64,000 bases of DNA, taken from NCBI RefSeq assembly GCF_030651625.1, contig NZ_JAUSCF010000020.1, positions 71,694-135,693 on the forward strand, in the 5' to 3' direction. A program made the translations under genes and the position numbers. The notes below the pieces were generated by a model, which was given only the letters and a program-made list of their open reading frames with translations, was not told where the DNA came from and ran no database searches. Below, piece after piece: positions 18,540 through 28,775 of the stretch. The DNA comes from Hydrogenophaga sp. Lineage in GTDB: Bacteria > Pseudomonadota > Gammaproteobacteria > Burkholderiales > Burkholderiaceae_C. How positions within the stretch are numbered: the stretch's first letter is position 1; every line of letters begins with the position of its first letter.

Positions 18540-19118
18540 ATGATAGGCAAGTTGACCGGCGCATTGCTGGAAAAAAGCCCTCCCCAGATCCTGATCGACT
18601 GCCACGGCGTGGGTTACGAGGTCGATGTGCCCATGAGCACCTTCTACAACCTGCCCGCCACCGGCGAAAAAGTGTCGCTTCTTACCCACTTCGTGGTGCG
18701 GGAAGACGCGCAAATTCTTTACGGCTTTGGCACCGCGCCCGAGCGCGAGGCCTTCCGCCAGCTCATCAAGATTTCAGGCATTGGCCCGCGCACCGCGCTT
18801 TCGGTTCTCTCCGGCATGAGCGTGGCCGACCTGGCCCAGGCCGTGACCGCCCAGGAAGCTGGCCGTATTGTCAAGGTGCCCGGCATCGGCAAAAAGACGG
18901 CCGAGCGCCTGCTGCTGGAACTCAAAGGCAAACTGGGCGCCGACCTGAACCTGCCAGGCGCTGGCCCGGCGCAGAGCGAGGTGCAGAGCGACATTCAGCA
19001 GGCGCTGATGGCCCTGGGCTACAGCGAGAAAGACGCGGCTGCTGCGCTCAAACCCCTGCCGGTGGATGTGGGGGTGAGTGAGGGTATCAAGTTGGCGTTG
19101 AAGGCACTGGCGAAGTGA
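18540..19118 (+). CDS. ruvA: Holliday junction DNA helicase subunit RuvA
   Basis: [28 protein letters not shown]... with HhH motifs ([21 protein letters not shown]). Confidence 0.9.
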   Translation: MIGKLTGALLEKSPPQILIDCHGVGYEVDVPMSTFYNLPATGEKVSLLTHFVVREDAQILYGFGTAPEREAFRQLIKISGIGPRTALSVLSGMSVADLAQAVTAQEAGRIVKVPGIGKKTAERLLLELKGKLGADLNLPGAGPAQSEVQSDIQQALMALGYSEKDAAAALKPLPVDVGVSEGIKLALKALAK

Positions 19119-19172
19119 GTGGTGCAAGTGCGGCACCTCCTTCGACCTGAAAAACTATTGCTTCCATGAGTC

Positions 19173-19188
19173 GGCACACTGGTGTGCC
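19173..19188. promoter_or_regulatory. inverted repeat GGCACAC-TG-GTGTGCC upstream of the antitoxin gene (candidate operator)
   Basis: Perfect 7-bp arms with a 2-nt spacer, ending 41 nt upstream of ATG 19230. RHH antitoxins typically autoregulate via palindromic operators; the operator role here is inference. Confidence 0.35.
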
Positions 19189-19229
19189 TGAGTGGTGCTT
19201 GGTACCCTTGTCTGGCAAGCGAGCCTCCC

Positions 19230-19466
19230 ATGCTGACCATTCGCCTGACACCTGACACCGAAGAACGCCTCGATCGCCTGGTAAAGGAAACGGGTCGGAC
19301 CAAGACCGAGATCGCGCGTAACGCAATCCACGAGCATTTGGCCGATTTAGAGGATTTCTATCTGGCCGATGCCAAGGCCCGGAAGCACCGCAAGGGGATT
19401 CCGCTGACAGATGTCGAGCGCGGGCTCAGCCTGGCAAATTCAGAGGAGCGTCCGGATGCAGGGTGA
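19230..19466 (+). CDS. ribbon-helix-helix (RelB/ParD/CopG-like) antitoxin-type protein, no cognate toxin gene
   Basis: 78 aa. MLTIRLTPDTEERLDRLVKETGRTKTEIARNAIHEHLADLEDFYLA is the classic RHH antitoxin N-terminus. Confidence 0.65.
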   Translation: MLTIRLTPDTEERLDRLVKETGRTKTEIARNAIHEHLADLEDFYLADAKARKHRKGIPLTDVERGLSLANSEERPDAG

Positions 19467-19514
19467 ACGGTATAGTCAAACACCGTCTACCCGACATTGC
19501 CGCAGAACCTCCCC

Positions 19515-20573
19515 GTGAGCATCCAGACCGACGACTTCGCCCCCGCCCCGCGCATGGTGTCTGCTGCGCCGGCTTCGCCCAAGGAAGAGGCGATCGAGCG
19601 GGCGCTGCGGCCCAAGCTGCTGGACGAATACGTGGGCCAGGTGAAGGTGCGCGAGCAGCTGGAGATCTTCATTGGCGCGGCCAAGATGCGCAGCGAGGCG
19701 CTGGACCACGTGCTGCTGTTTGGCCCGCCCGGCTTGGGCAAGACCACACTGAGCCACATCATTGCGCAGGAACTGGGTGTGAACCTGCGCCAGACCAGCG
19801 GCCCCGTGCTGGAAAAGCCCAAGGACCTGGCGGCGCTGCTGACCAACCTGGAACCCAACGACGTGCTGTTCATCGACGAGATTCACCGGCTGAGTCCGGT
19901 CGTCGAAGAAATCCTGTACCCGGCGCTGGAGGACTACCAGATCGACATCATGATCGGCGAAGGCCCGGCCGCGCGCAGCATCAAGCTGGATCTGCAGCCC
20001 TTCACCCTGGTGGGAGCCACCACGCGCGCCGGCATGCTCACCAACCCGCTGCGCGACCGCTTCGGCATCGTGGCGCGGCTGGAGTTCTACACGTCGGAAG
20101 AACTGGGTCGCATCGTCAAGCGCAGTGCGGGTTTGCTCAACGCACCGATGGACGAAGAGGGTGGCTTCGAGATTGCGCGCCGCTCGCGCGGCACACCGCG
20201 CATCGCCAACCGCCTGCTGCGCCGCGTGCGCGACTATGCCGACGTGAAGGGCAGTGGCACCATCACCCGGGACATTGCGAACCGCGCGCTCGCCATGCTC
20301 GACGTGGACCCGCAGGGCTTCGACTTGATGGACCGCAAGTTGCTCGAAGCCGTGATCCACCGGTTTGACGGCGGGCCGGTGGGGCTGGACAACATCGCGG
20401 CCAGCATTGGCGAGGAGCGCGACACCATCGAAGACGTGATCGAGCCGTATCTGATTCAGCAGGGTTTCCTGCAGCGCACACCGCGCGGACGCATCGCCAC
20501 GTTGGCGGCGTACCGGCACCTGGGCGTGGTGCCGCCCAATACCGACAACAGCCTGTTCGAGCCTGGCCTGTGA
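19515..20573 (+). CDS. ruvB: Holliday junction DNA helicase RuvB
   Basis: Walker [10 protein letters not shown], Walker [11 protein letters not shown] chose the GTG 19515 start (MSIQTDDF...); the alternative is TTG 19497. Confidence 0.95.
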   Translation: MSIQTDDFAPAPRMVSAAPASPKEEAIERALRPKLLDEYVGQVKVREQLEIFIGAAKMRSEALDHVLLFGPPGLGKTTLSHIIAQELGVNLRQTSGPVLEKPKDLAALLTNLEPNDVLFIDEIHRLSPVVEEILYPALEDYQIDIMIGEGPAARSIKLDLQPFTLVGATTRAGMLTNPLRDRFGIVARLEFYTSEELGRIVKRSAGLLNAPMDEEGGFEIARRSRGTPRIANRLLRRVRDYADVKGSGTITRDIANRALAMLDVDPQGFDLMDRKLLEAVIHRFDGGPVGLDNIAASIGEERDTIEDVIEPYLIQQGFLQRTPRGRIATLAAYRHLGVVPPNTDNSLFEPGL

Positions 20574-21886
20574 CTGGCAGCACAACCGAGCCCAAGCGCC
20601 GCTACTGGCTGGGCATCGCCTTCTGGGTGCTCGTCGTGGTGGGTGGCTATGCCGCCTGGTTCTTCCTGCGGGCGCCGGTGGTGGAGGCCGTCACCGTGCA
20701 GGCGGCACCCCTGGTGCGCACGTTGCAGTTCTCGGCCCGTGTGGCGGCGTTGTCACGGGTGGAGGTGGGCAGCACCATCACCGGGCGGGTGGCCCAGGTG
20801 AAGGTGGACGAGGGCGCTTCGGTGCGGCAGGGCGACGTGCTGCTGCAACTGGAATCCGACGAGCTGGACGCAGCCCTGGCCCAGGCCGTGGCCGCAGAAA
20901 AGCAGGCCCAGGCGCGACTGGCCGGGCTGCGCAGCACCGGCCGCGTGGCGGCCACCGCAGCCACGGCCCAGGCGGCGGCCAACCTGCGCGCAGCGGCGGC
21001 AGAACTGGCCCGCACCGAACAATTGGTGGCCCAGGGTTTCCTGAGTGCTTCGCGCCTGGACGATGCGCGCCGCGCGGTGGCGGTGGCCCAGGCCCAGCAG
21101 GACAGCGCGCAGGCCCAGGGCCAGGCCATTGGCGAATCTGGCTCTGACCTGGTGCAGGCCCAGGCCCAGCTGGCGGTGGCACAGGCGGCCACGGCAGCAG
21201 CGCGCGCGCGCCAGGCACAGGTAATCGTGCGCGCACCGGCTGATGCGCGTGTGCTGGCGCGCGACGTGGAACCCGGGCAGATCGTGCAGCCCGGCCGGGC
21301 CTTGCTGGCGTTGGCGTTGGACGGTCCCACGCAGCTGAGCGCCCAGGTGGATGAACGTTTTCTGGACCAGCTGCGCCCAGGACAGATGGCGGCCGTGGTG
21401 GCCGACGCCTTCCCTGCAGAGCGCTTCACGGCGCGGGTATTGACGATTGCGCCGGCGGTGGACGCCCAGCGCGGTGCCATCGAGGTGCGCTTCGCTCTGG
21501 AACAGGCCGCGCCGGACTACCTTCGCGAAGACATGACGCTGTCGGTGGAGGTGGAGACCGCCCGGCGCGACAGCACCCTGGTGCTGCCGCTGGCGGCGCT
21601 GCGCAAAGATGTGCACGCGGCCGACGGCGATCCCGGAGGTACGGTCCGTGTGCTGGTACAGGCTGACGGCCGTGCCGAGGCGCGCACCGTGCGCCTGGGT
21701 CTGCGCAACCTTGCGCTGGTGGAGGTGCTGGAAGGCCTGGCCGATGGGGACACGGTGCTGGTGGGCGGCGACTTGCAAGACGGCCAGCGCGTGCGCACGC
21801 GGCCCATGAGCACCACCGCCGGTCCAGGCGCGGCAGCCGCGGGGCAGGACGCCGGATCGGCCCTCACCAATGCCATGGGGCGTTGA
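20570..21886 (+). CDS. HlyD/MacA-family periplasmic adaptor of an ABC efflux system
   Basis: 438 aa. N-terminal TM helix, lipoyl-like motif ([12 protein letters not shown]) and a long Ala/Gln-rich coiled coil. Confidence 0.8.
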   Translation: MTGSTTEPKRRYWLGIAFWVLVVVGGYAAWFFLRAPVVEAVTVQAAPLVRTLQFSARVAALSRVEVGSTITGRVAQVKVDEGASVRQGDVLLQLESDELDAALAQAVAAEKQAQARLAGLRSTGRVAATAATAQAAANLRAAAAELARTEQLVAQGFLSASRLDDARRAVAVAQAQQDSAQAQGQAIGESGSDLVQAQAQLAVAQAATAAARARQAQVIVRAPADARVLARDVEPGQIVQPGRALLALALDGPTQLSAQVDERFLDQLRPGQMAAVVADAFPAERFTARVLTIAPAVDAQRGAIEVRFALEQAAPDYLREDMTLSVEVETARRDSTLVLPLAALRKDVHAADGDPGGTVRVLVQADGRAEARTVRLGLRNLALVEVLEGLADGDTVLVGGDLQDGQRVRTRPMSTTAGPGAAAAGQDAGSALTNAMGR

Positions 21887-21892
21887 ACGCGC

Positions 21893-23119
21893 ATGACCAC
21901 CCTGCTCGGCTTCGAACTGCGGGTGGCCCTGCGCTTTCTGCGCGAAGGCCGTATGCAGACCCTGCTCATCATGGTGGGCGTGGCCGCGGGCGTGGCGGTG
22001 ATCGCCTACATCTCTGCGCTCATCAGCGGCTTGCAGACCAATACCCTGAACAAGACGCTGGGCGCGCAGGCGCACATCACGCTCAGATCCGCCGACGACG
22101 TGGTCACACCCGCCGCAGCCCTCCAGCCCGGCATCACCGCGCTGACCGAGATCCAGCCTCGTGCACAGCGTCTGCGCTCGGTGGCCAACTGGCAGGCACT
22201 GCTGCCGCTGCTTGAGGCGCTGCCGGAGATTGCCGCGGTATCTCCCATGGTGGCCGGTGGCGGGCTGGCATTGCGCGGCGAAGCCACGCAGTCGATCTCG
22301 CTCATGGGCGTGGACCTGGACCGCTACGACCGCATCGTGGGGCTGCGCGGAAAGGTGGTCAGCGGCGTGGCGCGGCTGTCCCCCGGCGAAGCCATCGTGG
22401 GGCGCGAACTGGCGGCCGACCTGGGCGTGCGCGTGGGCGACCGCCTGACGGTGCAGACCGCGCTGGTGAGCGAGCCGGTGCGCGTGACCGCGCTGGTGGA
22501 CCTGGGCGTGCGCGAGCTGAATCGGCGCACCGTGATCGTGCCGCTGCGCGCGGCGCAAAGCCTGCTGGGCCTTCCCGGCGGCGCCACCACCATTGACGTC
22601 ACCGTGCGCGACGTGTGGGCCGCGCAGGCGCTCGCCGACGACCTGCGCCGGCGCTTCCCCTACCAGGTGGAAAGCTGGCAGGAAAGCAATGCGCAGCTGG
22701 TGTCGGCACTCAACGCGCAGTCGGTCAGCACCAGCCTGATCCGTGGTGTGGTGCTGGTGGTGGTGGTGCTGGGCATTGCCAGCGTGCTGGTGGTGTCGGT
22801 GGTGCAGAAGGGCCGCGAGATCGGCATCCTGCGCGCCATGGGCGCCACGCGTGGCCAGGTGCTGCGGGTGTTCCTGCTGCAGGGCGCGGTGGTGGGTTCC
22901 GTCGGTTCGGTGGCGGGGCTGGCGCTGGCCGTGCTGCTGATCTGGCTCTTCACCACCTTCGTGCGAGGGTCTGACGGCCTGCCTCTGTTCAATATCACGC
23001 TGCAGCCCGGGCTGGCGCTGCGCATCGCGCTGCTGGCCACGGTGTGCGGGGTGCTGGCGGCCATGGCACCGGCGCGCCGAGCGGCCGCGCTGGACCCGGC
23101 CCAGGCCATCCGCATCTGA
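21893..23119 (+). CDS. ABC transporter permease (FtsX/MacB/LolC-like)
   Basis: 408 aa. One TM helix, then a large periplasmic domain, then 3 C-terminal TM helices. Conserved GILRAMGAT motif. Confidence 0.8.
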   Translation: MTTLLGFELRVALRFLREGRMQTLLIMVGVAAGVAVIAYISALISGLQTNTLNKTLGAQAHITLRSADDVVTPAAALQPGITALTEIQPRAQRLRSVANWQALLPLLEALPEIAAVSPMVAGGGLALRGEATQSISLMGVDLDRYDRIVGLRGKVVSGVARLSPGEAIVGRELAADLGVRVGDRLTVQTALVSEPVRVTALVDLGVRELNRRTVIVPLRAAQSLLGLPGGATTIDVTVRDVWAAQALADDLRRRFPYQVESWQESNAQLVSALNAQSVSTSLIRGVVLVVVVLGIASVLVVSVVQKGREIGILRAMGATRGQVLRVFLLQGAVVGSVGSVAGLALAVLLIWLFTTFVRGSDGLPLFNITLQPGLALRIALLATVCGVLAAMAPARRAAALDPAQAIRI

Positions 23120-23135
23120 CGGTTTGCCTTTTCTG

Positions 23136-23861
<726 letters not shown>

Positions 23862-24014
23862 CATCCCTGCGGCGCACCCCGACATCCTGAAGAGTGTCGT
23901 CAGGGGCACTGGGTGGCAACACCTCTGGAGTTGATCAGGCCAGCATCAACGCGCTCGACGTCGAGCGCGCAATGATGCAGGGGCTGGGCGGGAGGCGTAG
24001 GCCCATGCAGGCGG

Positions 24015-24557
24015 CTATTCCGGGGTGACGTGCAGCGCCACGAGGAAGCGCGAGACCATGTTGTAGGCGGCCACTGTGCCCACCAGTTCCACCAGCGCCT
24101 GATTGCCCAGGGCCACCTGAAGGCGGCGCATGATCGCGTCTTCCACGCGGATGTGCCGGGTCATCTGCAAGGTGAGAATCGCCGCGTCGCCCTGCAAAGC
24201 AGAAAATGCGCCCTGATCGAACCGCTCTGTGCCCAACAGCCTCAGTGCATCGAGCTGAGGCTGCGTGCCACCCGCCTGAAGGAACACCGGAGCGTGCTGG
24301 GTGAACTCGTACTCGGCCGCATTCAAAACAGCCACGCCGCACATGGCCAATTCACGCAGTTGCGGATCGAGGCTCATGTGCTCGCGCACCTGCTTCAGAA
24401 ACCCGTTCCAGCCGGTGGCCAGGGGAGCGCTGTGCAGCAGCATGCGGTCCAGATTCAGCAGTTGCCCGCCGCGCCGCTCACGAATGGCAGTCACCAGATC
24501 CGCCGGCTCCGCAAGGTCCAGCGGCTGGAAGGGAACGATGCGGTCGCCGTCGTTCAT
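24015..24557 (-). CDS. carboxymuconolactone decarboxylase (AhpD-like) family protein
   Basis: 180 aa. The helical CMD-like sequence (RELAMCGVAVLNAAEYEFTQH) matches the family by eye. Confidence 0.65.
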   Translation of the reverse strand: MNDGDRIVPFQPLDLAEPADLVTAIRERRGGQLLNLDRMLLHSAPLATGWNGFLKQVREHMSLDPQLRELAMCGVAVLNAAEYEFTQHAPVFLQAGGTQPQLDALRLLGTERFDQGAFSALQGDAAILTLQMTRHIRVEDAIMRRLQVALGNQALVELVGTVAAYNMVSRFLVALHVTPE

Positions 24558-25519
24558 TCGGTGATGTTGTTGTCTTTGATGAACTTGGCCCAGGTCGTCA
24601 TCTGACGCTCGACAAAGGGCGTGAAGACTTCGGGGCCACTGCCGTCAATCTGAATACCCTGAGCTTGCAACTTGCTGGAAATGGCCGGGTCGCGGAGTGC
24701 TTTGCGCAGGGCTTCGTTGAATTGAGCCACGATGGGTGCCGGGATCTTGGCTGGACCGATGACGCCCCACCAGGCGGGTGCGTCAAATCCAGGGAAGCCG
24801 CTTTCGGCAATCGTGGGTACGTTGGGCATGTCCTTGGAGCGCTGGCTGGTGGTCACAGCCAGCGGCGTGACGTTGCCGGCCTCGGCGTGGGGCTTGATCA
24901 GAAACAGAGAACCTATGGCCAGTGGCACATGGCCCCCAACGGCATCGTTCATCAGTGGGCCGCCGCCCCGGTAGGGCACGTGGGTCCAGTTGAAGCCGGC
25001 GTTCTGCGCCAGCTGCGCGATGGCCAGGTGACCCAGGCTGCCGGAACCGATGGTGCCGTAGCTGTTGGGCTGCTTGGCTTTGGCTTGCTCCATGAGTTGC
25101 CCAAAACTGGTGATGGGCGAGCCTTTGGTGGCAGCCACCACCATCGGCGCCGTGCCCAGCAGGGTGACGTGCGTCAGGTCCTTCATGGTGTCAAAGGGAA
25201 TGCCAGGCTTGAGGCCCGGATTCACCGCGTGGGTGTCGAACACCACGCCGAAGGTGTAGCCGTCGGGCTGAGCGCGCGCCACAGCCGAAGTGCCGATCAT
25301 GCCGGAGGCGCCACCAATGTTCTCCACCACCACGGTCTGCTTGAGTTCGATGCGCAGGCCTTCAGCCAGAATGCGTGCCACCTGGTCCACGGACCCGCCT
25401 GGTGGGAACACGGCAATCAGGCGAACAGGTTTGGCACTCGGCCAAGCCTGTGCATGTGCCACGGTGCCGCCGACTGCAGTCAGGGCCACTATGGCCGATA
25501 CGAGTAACTTTTTCATCAT
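24554..25519 (-). CDS. Bug/TctC-family tripartite tricarboxylate transporter substrate-binding protein
   Basis: 321 aa. Signal peptide, then WPSAKPVRLIAVFPPGGSVDQVARIL, the typical Bug N-terminus. Confidence 0.85.
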   Translation of the reverse strand: MMKKLLVSAIVALTAVGGTVAHAQAWPSAKPVRLIAVFPPGGSVDQVARILAEGLRIELKQTVVVENIGGASGMIGTSAVARAQPDGYTFGVVFDTHAVNPGLKPGIPFDTMKDLTHVTLLGTAPMVVAATKGSPITSFGQLMEQAKAKQPNSYGTIGSGSLGHLAIAQLAQNAGFNWTHVPYRGGGPLMNDAVGGHVPLAIGSLFLIKPHAEAGNVTPLAVTTSQRSKDMPNVPTIAESGFPGFDAPAWWGVIGPAKIPAPIVAQFNEALRKALRDPAISSKLQAQGIQIDGSGPEVFTPFVERQMTTWAKFIKDNNITE

Positions 25520-25686
25520 CGTTCTTGTCTCCTGTTATGGGGAAGGTATGCAGGGATAGTGCAATTTCAAGTATGGGCGGCTGAGGTCGAATGTCTGTAC
25601 GTAGAACTACGAGCCATGACGCGCTTATCATGCAGATTCGCCCATTGGTCACTTTCCGCTTGCGGTTTTCTTTTATTAAGAACGAG

Positions 25687-26709
25687 ATGAATCAGACGGC
25701 TTCTTCCTCCAAATCTGTCGCCCCCGGGCGGTTGCCTCGCGTGGTGGTTCTGGACGATTACGAAAGGGCTTTCGACACCTTGGCCGACTGGCAGCCTGTG
25801 CGCGAGCGCGCACTTCTGCACATCCAGACCACCCCTCTGAAAGGTGCTGCGCTGGTGGGCATGCTGGGCAGCGCCGATGTGGTGGTGCTCATGCGCGACC
25901 GCACGCCCCTGACAGCCGAGCTGATTGCCCAGTTGCCTCAGCTGAAACTGGTGATCTTTACTGGAACCCGCAATCAGGCTCTGGATGCAGCGGCGCTGGC
26001 CTCACGTGGCATTCCGGTTTGCCACACTGGCTGGGGTCCGTCCAAGGACAGTACCGCCGAACTGACCTGGGCGCTCATCATGGCAGCCTACAAGCGGCTG
26101 GTGGAGAACTGCAACGCGCTCATGCAGGGGGAGGAGCAGGCCCAGTGGCGCACGCCTCACGCCCTGTTGCCCATGCTCAAGGGTGAGACCATCGGGCTGG
26201 TGGGCCTGGGTGAGATCGGTGGCCGCGTGGCTCGTTACGCGCAGGTCTTCGGTATGGAGGTGCTGGCCTGGAGCCCGCGCATGACGGTCGAACGCGCTGC
26301 CGAGCACGGCGCCGCCTTCGTGGAACTGGATGCATTGCTGGAGCGCTCGCGTATCGTGAGTTTGCACCTGGTTGCCACGCCACAGACGCGTGGGCTTATC
26401 AATGCTCAAAGGCTGGCAACGATGCGGCCCGACAGCCTGCTGGTGAATACCTCCCGCTCCCACCTGATCGACACGGCGGCACTGATGCAGGCTTTGCCAC
26501 AAGGTCGCCCGGGGCAGGTGGCGCTCGATGTGTTCGATACCGAACCGCTACCGCTGGACGACCCGATTCGCCGCTTCTCTCAGGTGCTCCTCAGCCCTCA
26601 CCTGGGCTTTGTGGCGAAACCTGTCTTCGAGACTTTTGTGCGGGATGCACGCGAATGCGTGTTGTCCTGGCTGGCCGGGGAGCCGCTGCCGCGCTTGCTG
26701 GCACCCTGA
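25687..26709 (+). CDS. D-isomer-specific 2-hydroxyacid dehydrogenase (NAD-binding)
   Basis: Inner ATG 25687. Motif GLVGLGEIGGRVA (GxGxxG) and a catalytic-region His (SPHLGF). Confidence 0.85.
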   Translation: MNQTASSSKSVAPGRLPRVVVLDDYERAFDTLADWQPVRERALLHIQTTPLKGAALVGMLGSADVVVLMRDRTPLTAELIAQLPQLKLVIFTGTRNQALDAAALASRGIPVCHTGWGPSKDSTAELTWALIMAAYKRLVENCNALMQGEEQAQWRTPHALLPMLKGETIGLVGLGEIGGRVARYAQVFGMEVLAWSPRMTVERAAEHGAAFVELDALLERSRIVSLHLVATPQTRGLINAQRLATMRPDSLLVNTSRSHLIDTAALMQALPQGRPGQVALDVFDTEPLPLDDPIRRFSQVLLSPHLGFVAKPVFETFVRDARECVLSWLAGEPLPRLLAP

Positions 26710-26736
26710 ACCTTTCTGGTCCAGGCGACACTGGGG

Positions 26737-27129
26737 TCAGTCCACCAGCCGCTCAGCGTGCAGTTCCCGAATCCGCGCGTCCACGTAGTAGCCGCCGTAT
26801 TCGGTATAGCGCAGGAAGGGCAGATGGCAGTGCTGGCAGGCCCAGATTTCGCAGCGGTTGTACGGGCGGAGGGTGAGAGAGATGGGTGCTTGCGCCGACC
26901 AGTCGTCCACGCCCTTGGGGCGAGGTGTTTCTTCAAGCGTGGGCTCGTCGTCACCGGGCAGCCACAGCGAGCCAACTGCTTGCAGCGCACCGGCGCTGGC
27001 GGTGGCGGGGAAAGATTCCCAGCCGGGGCTGGAAAACGGGCGGCAATGGGCGCAAGTGTTGGCGGGGGCGGACTCGGCCAGTCGGGTGGCTTCTTCCACC
27101 GAAAGGCGACGCAGGGGCTTGTTGTTCAT
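26737..27129 (-). CDS. hypothetical Cys/His-rich protein
   Basis: 130 aa with native GC-rich codon usage. Contains CAHC near the N-terminus and CEIWACQHC near the C-terminus. No family recognised. Confidence 0.45.
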   Translation of the reverse strand: MNNKPLRRLSVEEATRLAESAPANTCAHCRPFSSPGWESFPATASAGALQAVGSLWLPGDDEPTLEETPRPKGVDDWSAQAPISLTLRPYNRCEIWACQHCHLPFLRYTEYGGYYVDARIRELHAERLVD

Positions 27130-27584
27130 TTTCCAATGCTATAGGGTTGCTGGATGTGTGGTTGGGGCCACGGCAATCCCCATGAATTGCCGGCAGCTTC
27201 GCAGACTTGGTGCCCATGCTCCACTCAGCGAGATCAGACCCGCCTTTGCACCAGCCTCGCACAACCTCAGGATTTGGATCGCAACGCCGACCCCGAACGG
27301 GTCGGTCCACGGCCTGATTTGGCATGAGGTGAAGTCAGTCAGGCCTGTTCAAGGGGTACGTGCATCACGTGAACCCCACTGCACACGATCTCGGCCAATC
27401 GGCTGTCGCAAGGCACGGCTTCAAAGGGAGGGGTGCCCGGTGGATGCACTGTTGGACAGGTGGTTGGTCAACGATGAGACTCCATCATCGGGTGGGTGAA
27501 GATTGCTGATCAGGCGGTTCAGGGGGGTATAGTCTGGCGCCTGTGGTAGGCACTCTTGTCCGCCAAAAATCACGGAGAGATGTC

Positions 27585-28754
27585 ATGGGTCTTGTTCAGG
27601 CAGTGGCGGGTTCGATCGGCGGTGCGCTCGCCGATCAGTGGAAAGACTTCTACACCGTGCCGGGCGGGTTGCCGGCCACAGCGGCGCTGTTCGCCGCCGT
27701 GCCGCAAGGCACCAATGCCGGCCGGGGCTCCAACACCAAGGGTTCCTCGAACATCATCACCAATGGTTCGAAGATCGTTGTGCCCGAAGGCTACGGGCTG
27801 CTGCTGTTCCAGGAGGGTGCGATCACGGGCTTTGTGGCCGAACCGGGTGGCTACGAATGGCGATCGGACGATCTCAATTCCAAGTCGATTTTTGCGGGTG
27901 ATGGCATTGTCGATTCGCTCGTCTGGCAGAGCTGGGAGCGTTTCAAGTTCGGCGGACAGCCGGGTTCGCAGCAGGCCGCGTTCTTCGTGTCGCTGAAGGA
28001 GCTGCCGAACAACCGCTTTGGCACGCAATCTGAAATCTACTGGGACGACGGTTTTCTGAACACACAGGTGGGCGCGGTGACACGCGGCTCCTACACCTTG
28101 AAGATCGTCGACCCGATCCTGTTCGTGAAGAACTTCGTTCCTGCCGCCTACCTGCAGCCCGGCAAGGTTTTTGACTTCACCGACATGGACAACGCCGCCG
28201 CCGGTCAGCTCTTCAATGAGGTGGTGGGTTCGCTCGCGCCGGCCTTCAGCCTGTACACGAACGATCCGGGCAAGGGCAACCGCATTTCCAGGCTGCAGCA
28301 GGATTCGGTGGGTTTTGCCCAGAGCCTGTCCAGTGCGGTGGAAAGCGCCTACCAGTGGAAATCGGATCGCGGGCTGGCCATCGTCAAGACCGCCATTGTT
28401 TCCATCGAATACGACGCGAACACAAGGGAACTGCTCACCAAGGTGCAGCGCGCCGATGCGCTGGCCGGTGCACGCGGCAACTCCAATCTGCAGGCCAGCG
28501 TGGCTTCGGGTATCGAGTCGGCGGGTGAAACCGGCGGGTCGGCGGGTGTCATGGGTCTGGGCATGGCCACCGGCATGCTCGGCGGTATCGGCAGTTTGCA
28601 GCAGCCGGTTGCACCAGCCGCGCCGGTTGCGCCGACGGCACCCGTCGCAGAAGACCCGATTGCCAAGCTGAAGAAGGCCAAGGAAATGCTCGATCTGGGC
28701 CTGATCACGCAGGCCGACTACGACGCGGTCAAGGCGAAAGCGCTGGGCCTTTAA
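27585..28754 (+). CDS. SPFH-domain protein (YdjI-like subfamily) with C-terminal SHOCT-like domain
   Basis: ATG 27585 follows a GGAGAG RBS. The N-terminus MGLVQAVAGSIGGALADQWKDFYTVP and body are typical of YdjI-type SPFH proteins. A G/M-rich then P/A-rich linker precedes the tail KLKKAKEMLDLGLITQADYDAVKAKALGL. Confidence 0.7.
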   Translation: MGLVQAVAGSIGGALADQWKDFYTVPGGLPATAALFAAVPQGTNAGRGSNTKGSSNIITNGSKIVVPEGYGLLLFQEGAITGFVAEPGGYEWRSDDLNSKSIFAGDGIVDSLVWQSWERFKFGGQPGSQQAAFFVSLKELPNNRFGTQSEIYWDDGFLNTQVGAVTRGSYTLKIVDPILFVKNFVPAAYLQPGKVFDFTDMDNAAAGQLFNEVVGSLAPAFSLYTNDPGKGNRISRLQQDSVGFAQSLSSAVESAYQWKSDRGLAIVKTAIVSIEYDANTRELLTKVQRADALAGARGNSNLQASVASGIESAGETGGSAGVMGLGMATGMLGGIGSLQQPVAPAAPVAPTAPVAEDPIAKLKKAKEMLDLGLITQADYDAVKAKALGL

Positions 28755-28775
28755 GAAGCGAACGGAGCAGACGGC

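Noticed and set aside
19463-20368. ORF starting at the antitoxin stop, considered as the missing toxin.
   Set aside because: After about 15 codons it is simply an alternative frame of ruvB, with R/P/G-rich composition and no RelE/ParE-like features.
23951-23968. Perfect 18-bp palindrome gcgctcgacgtcgagcgc between the convergent ABC ATPase and CMD-family genes. It could be a bidirectional terminator or a protein-binding site.
   Set aside because: There is no U/A-tract on either side and it occurs only once. The evidence is insufficient to call it a terminator or operator.
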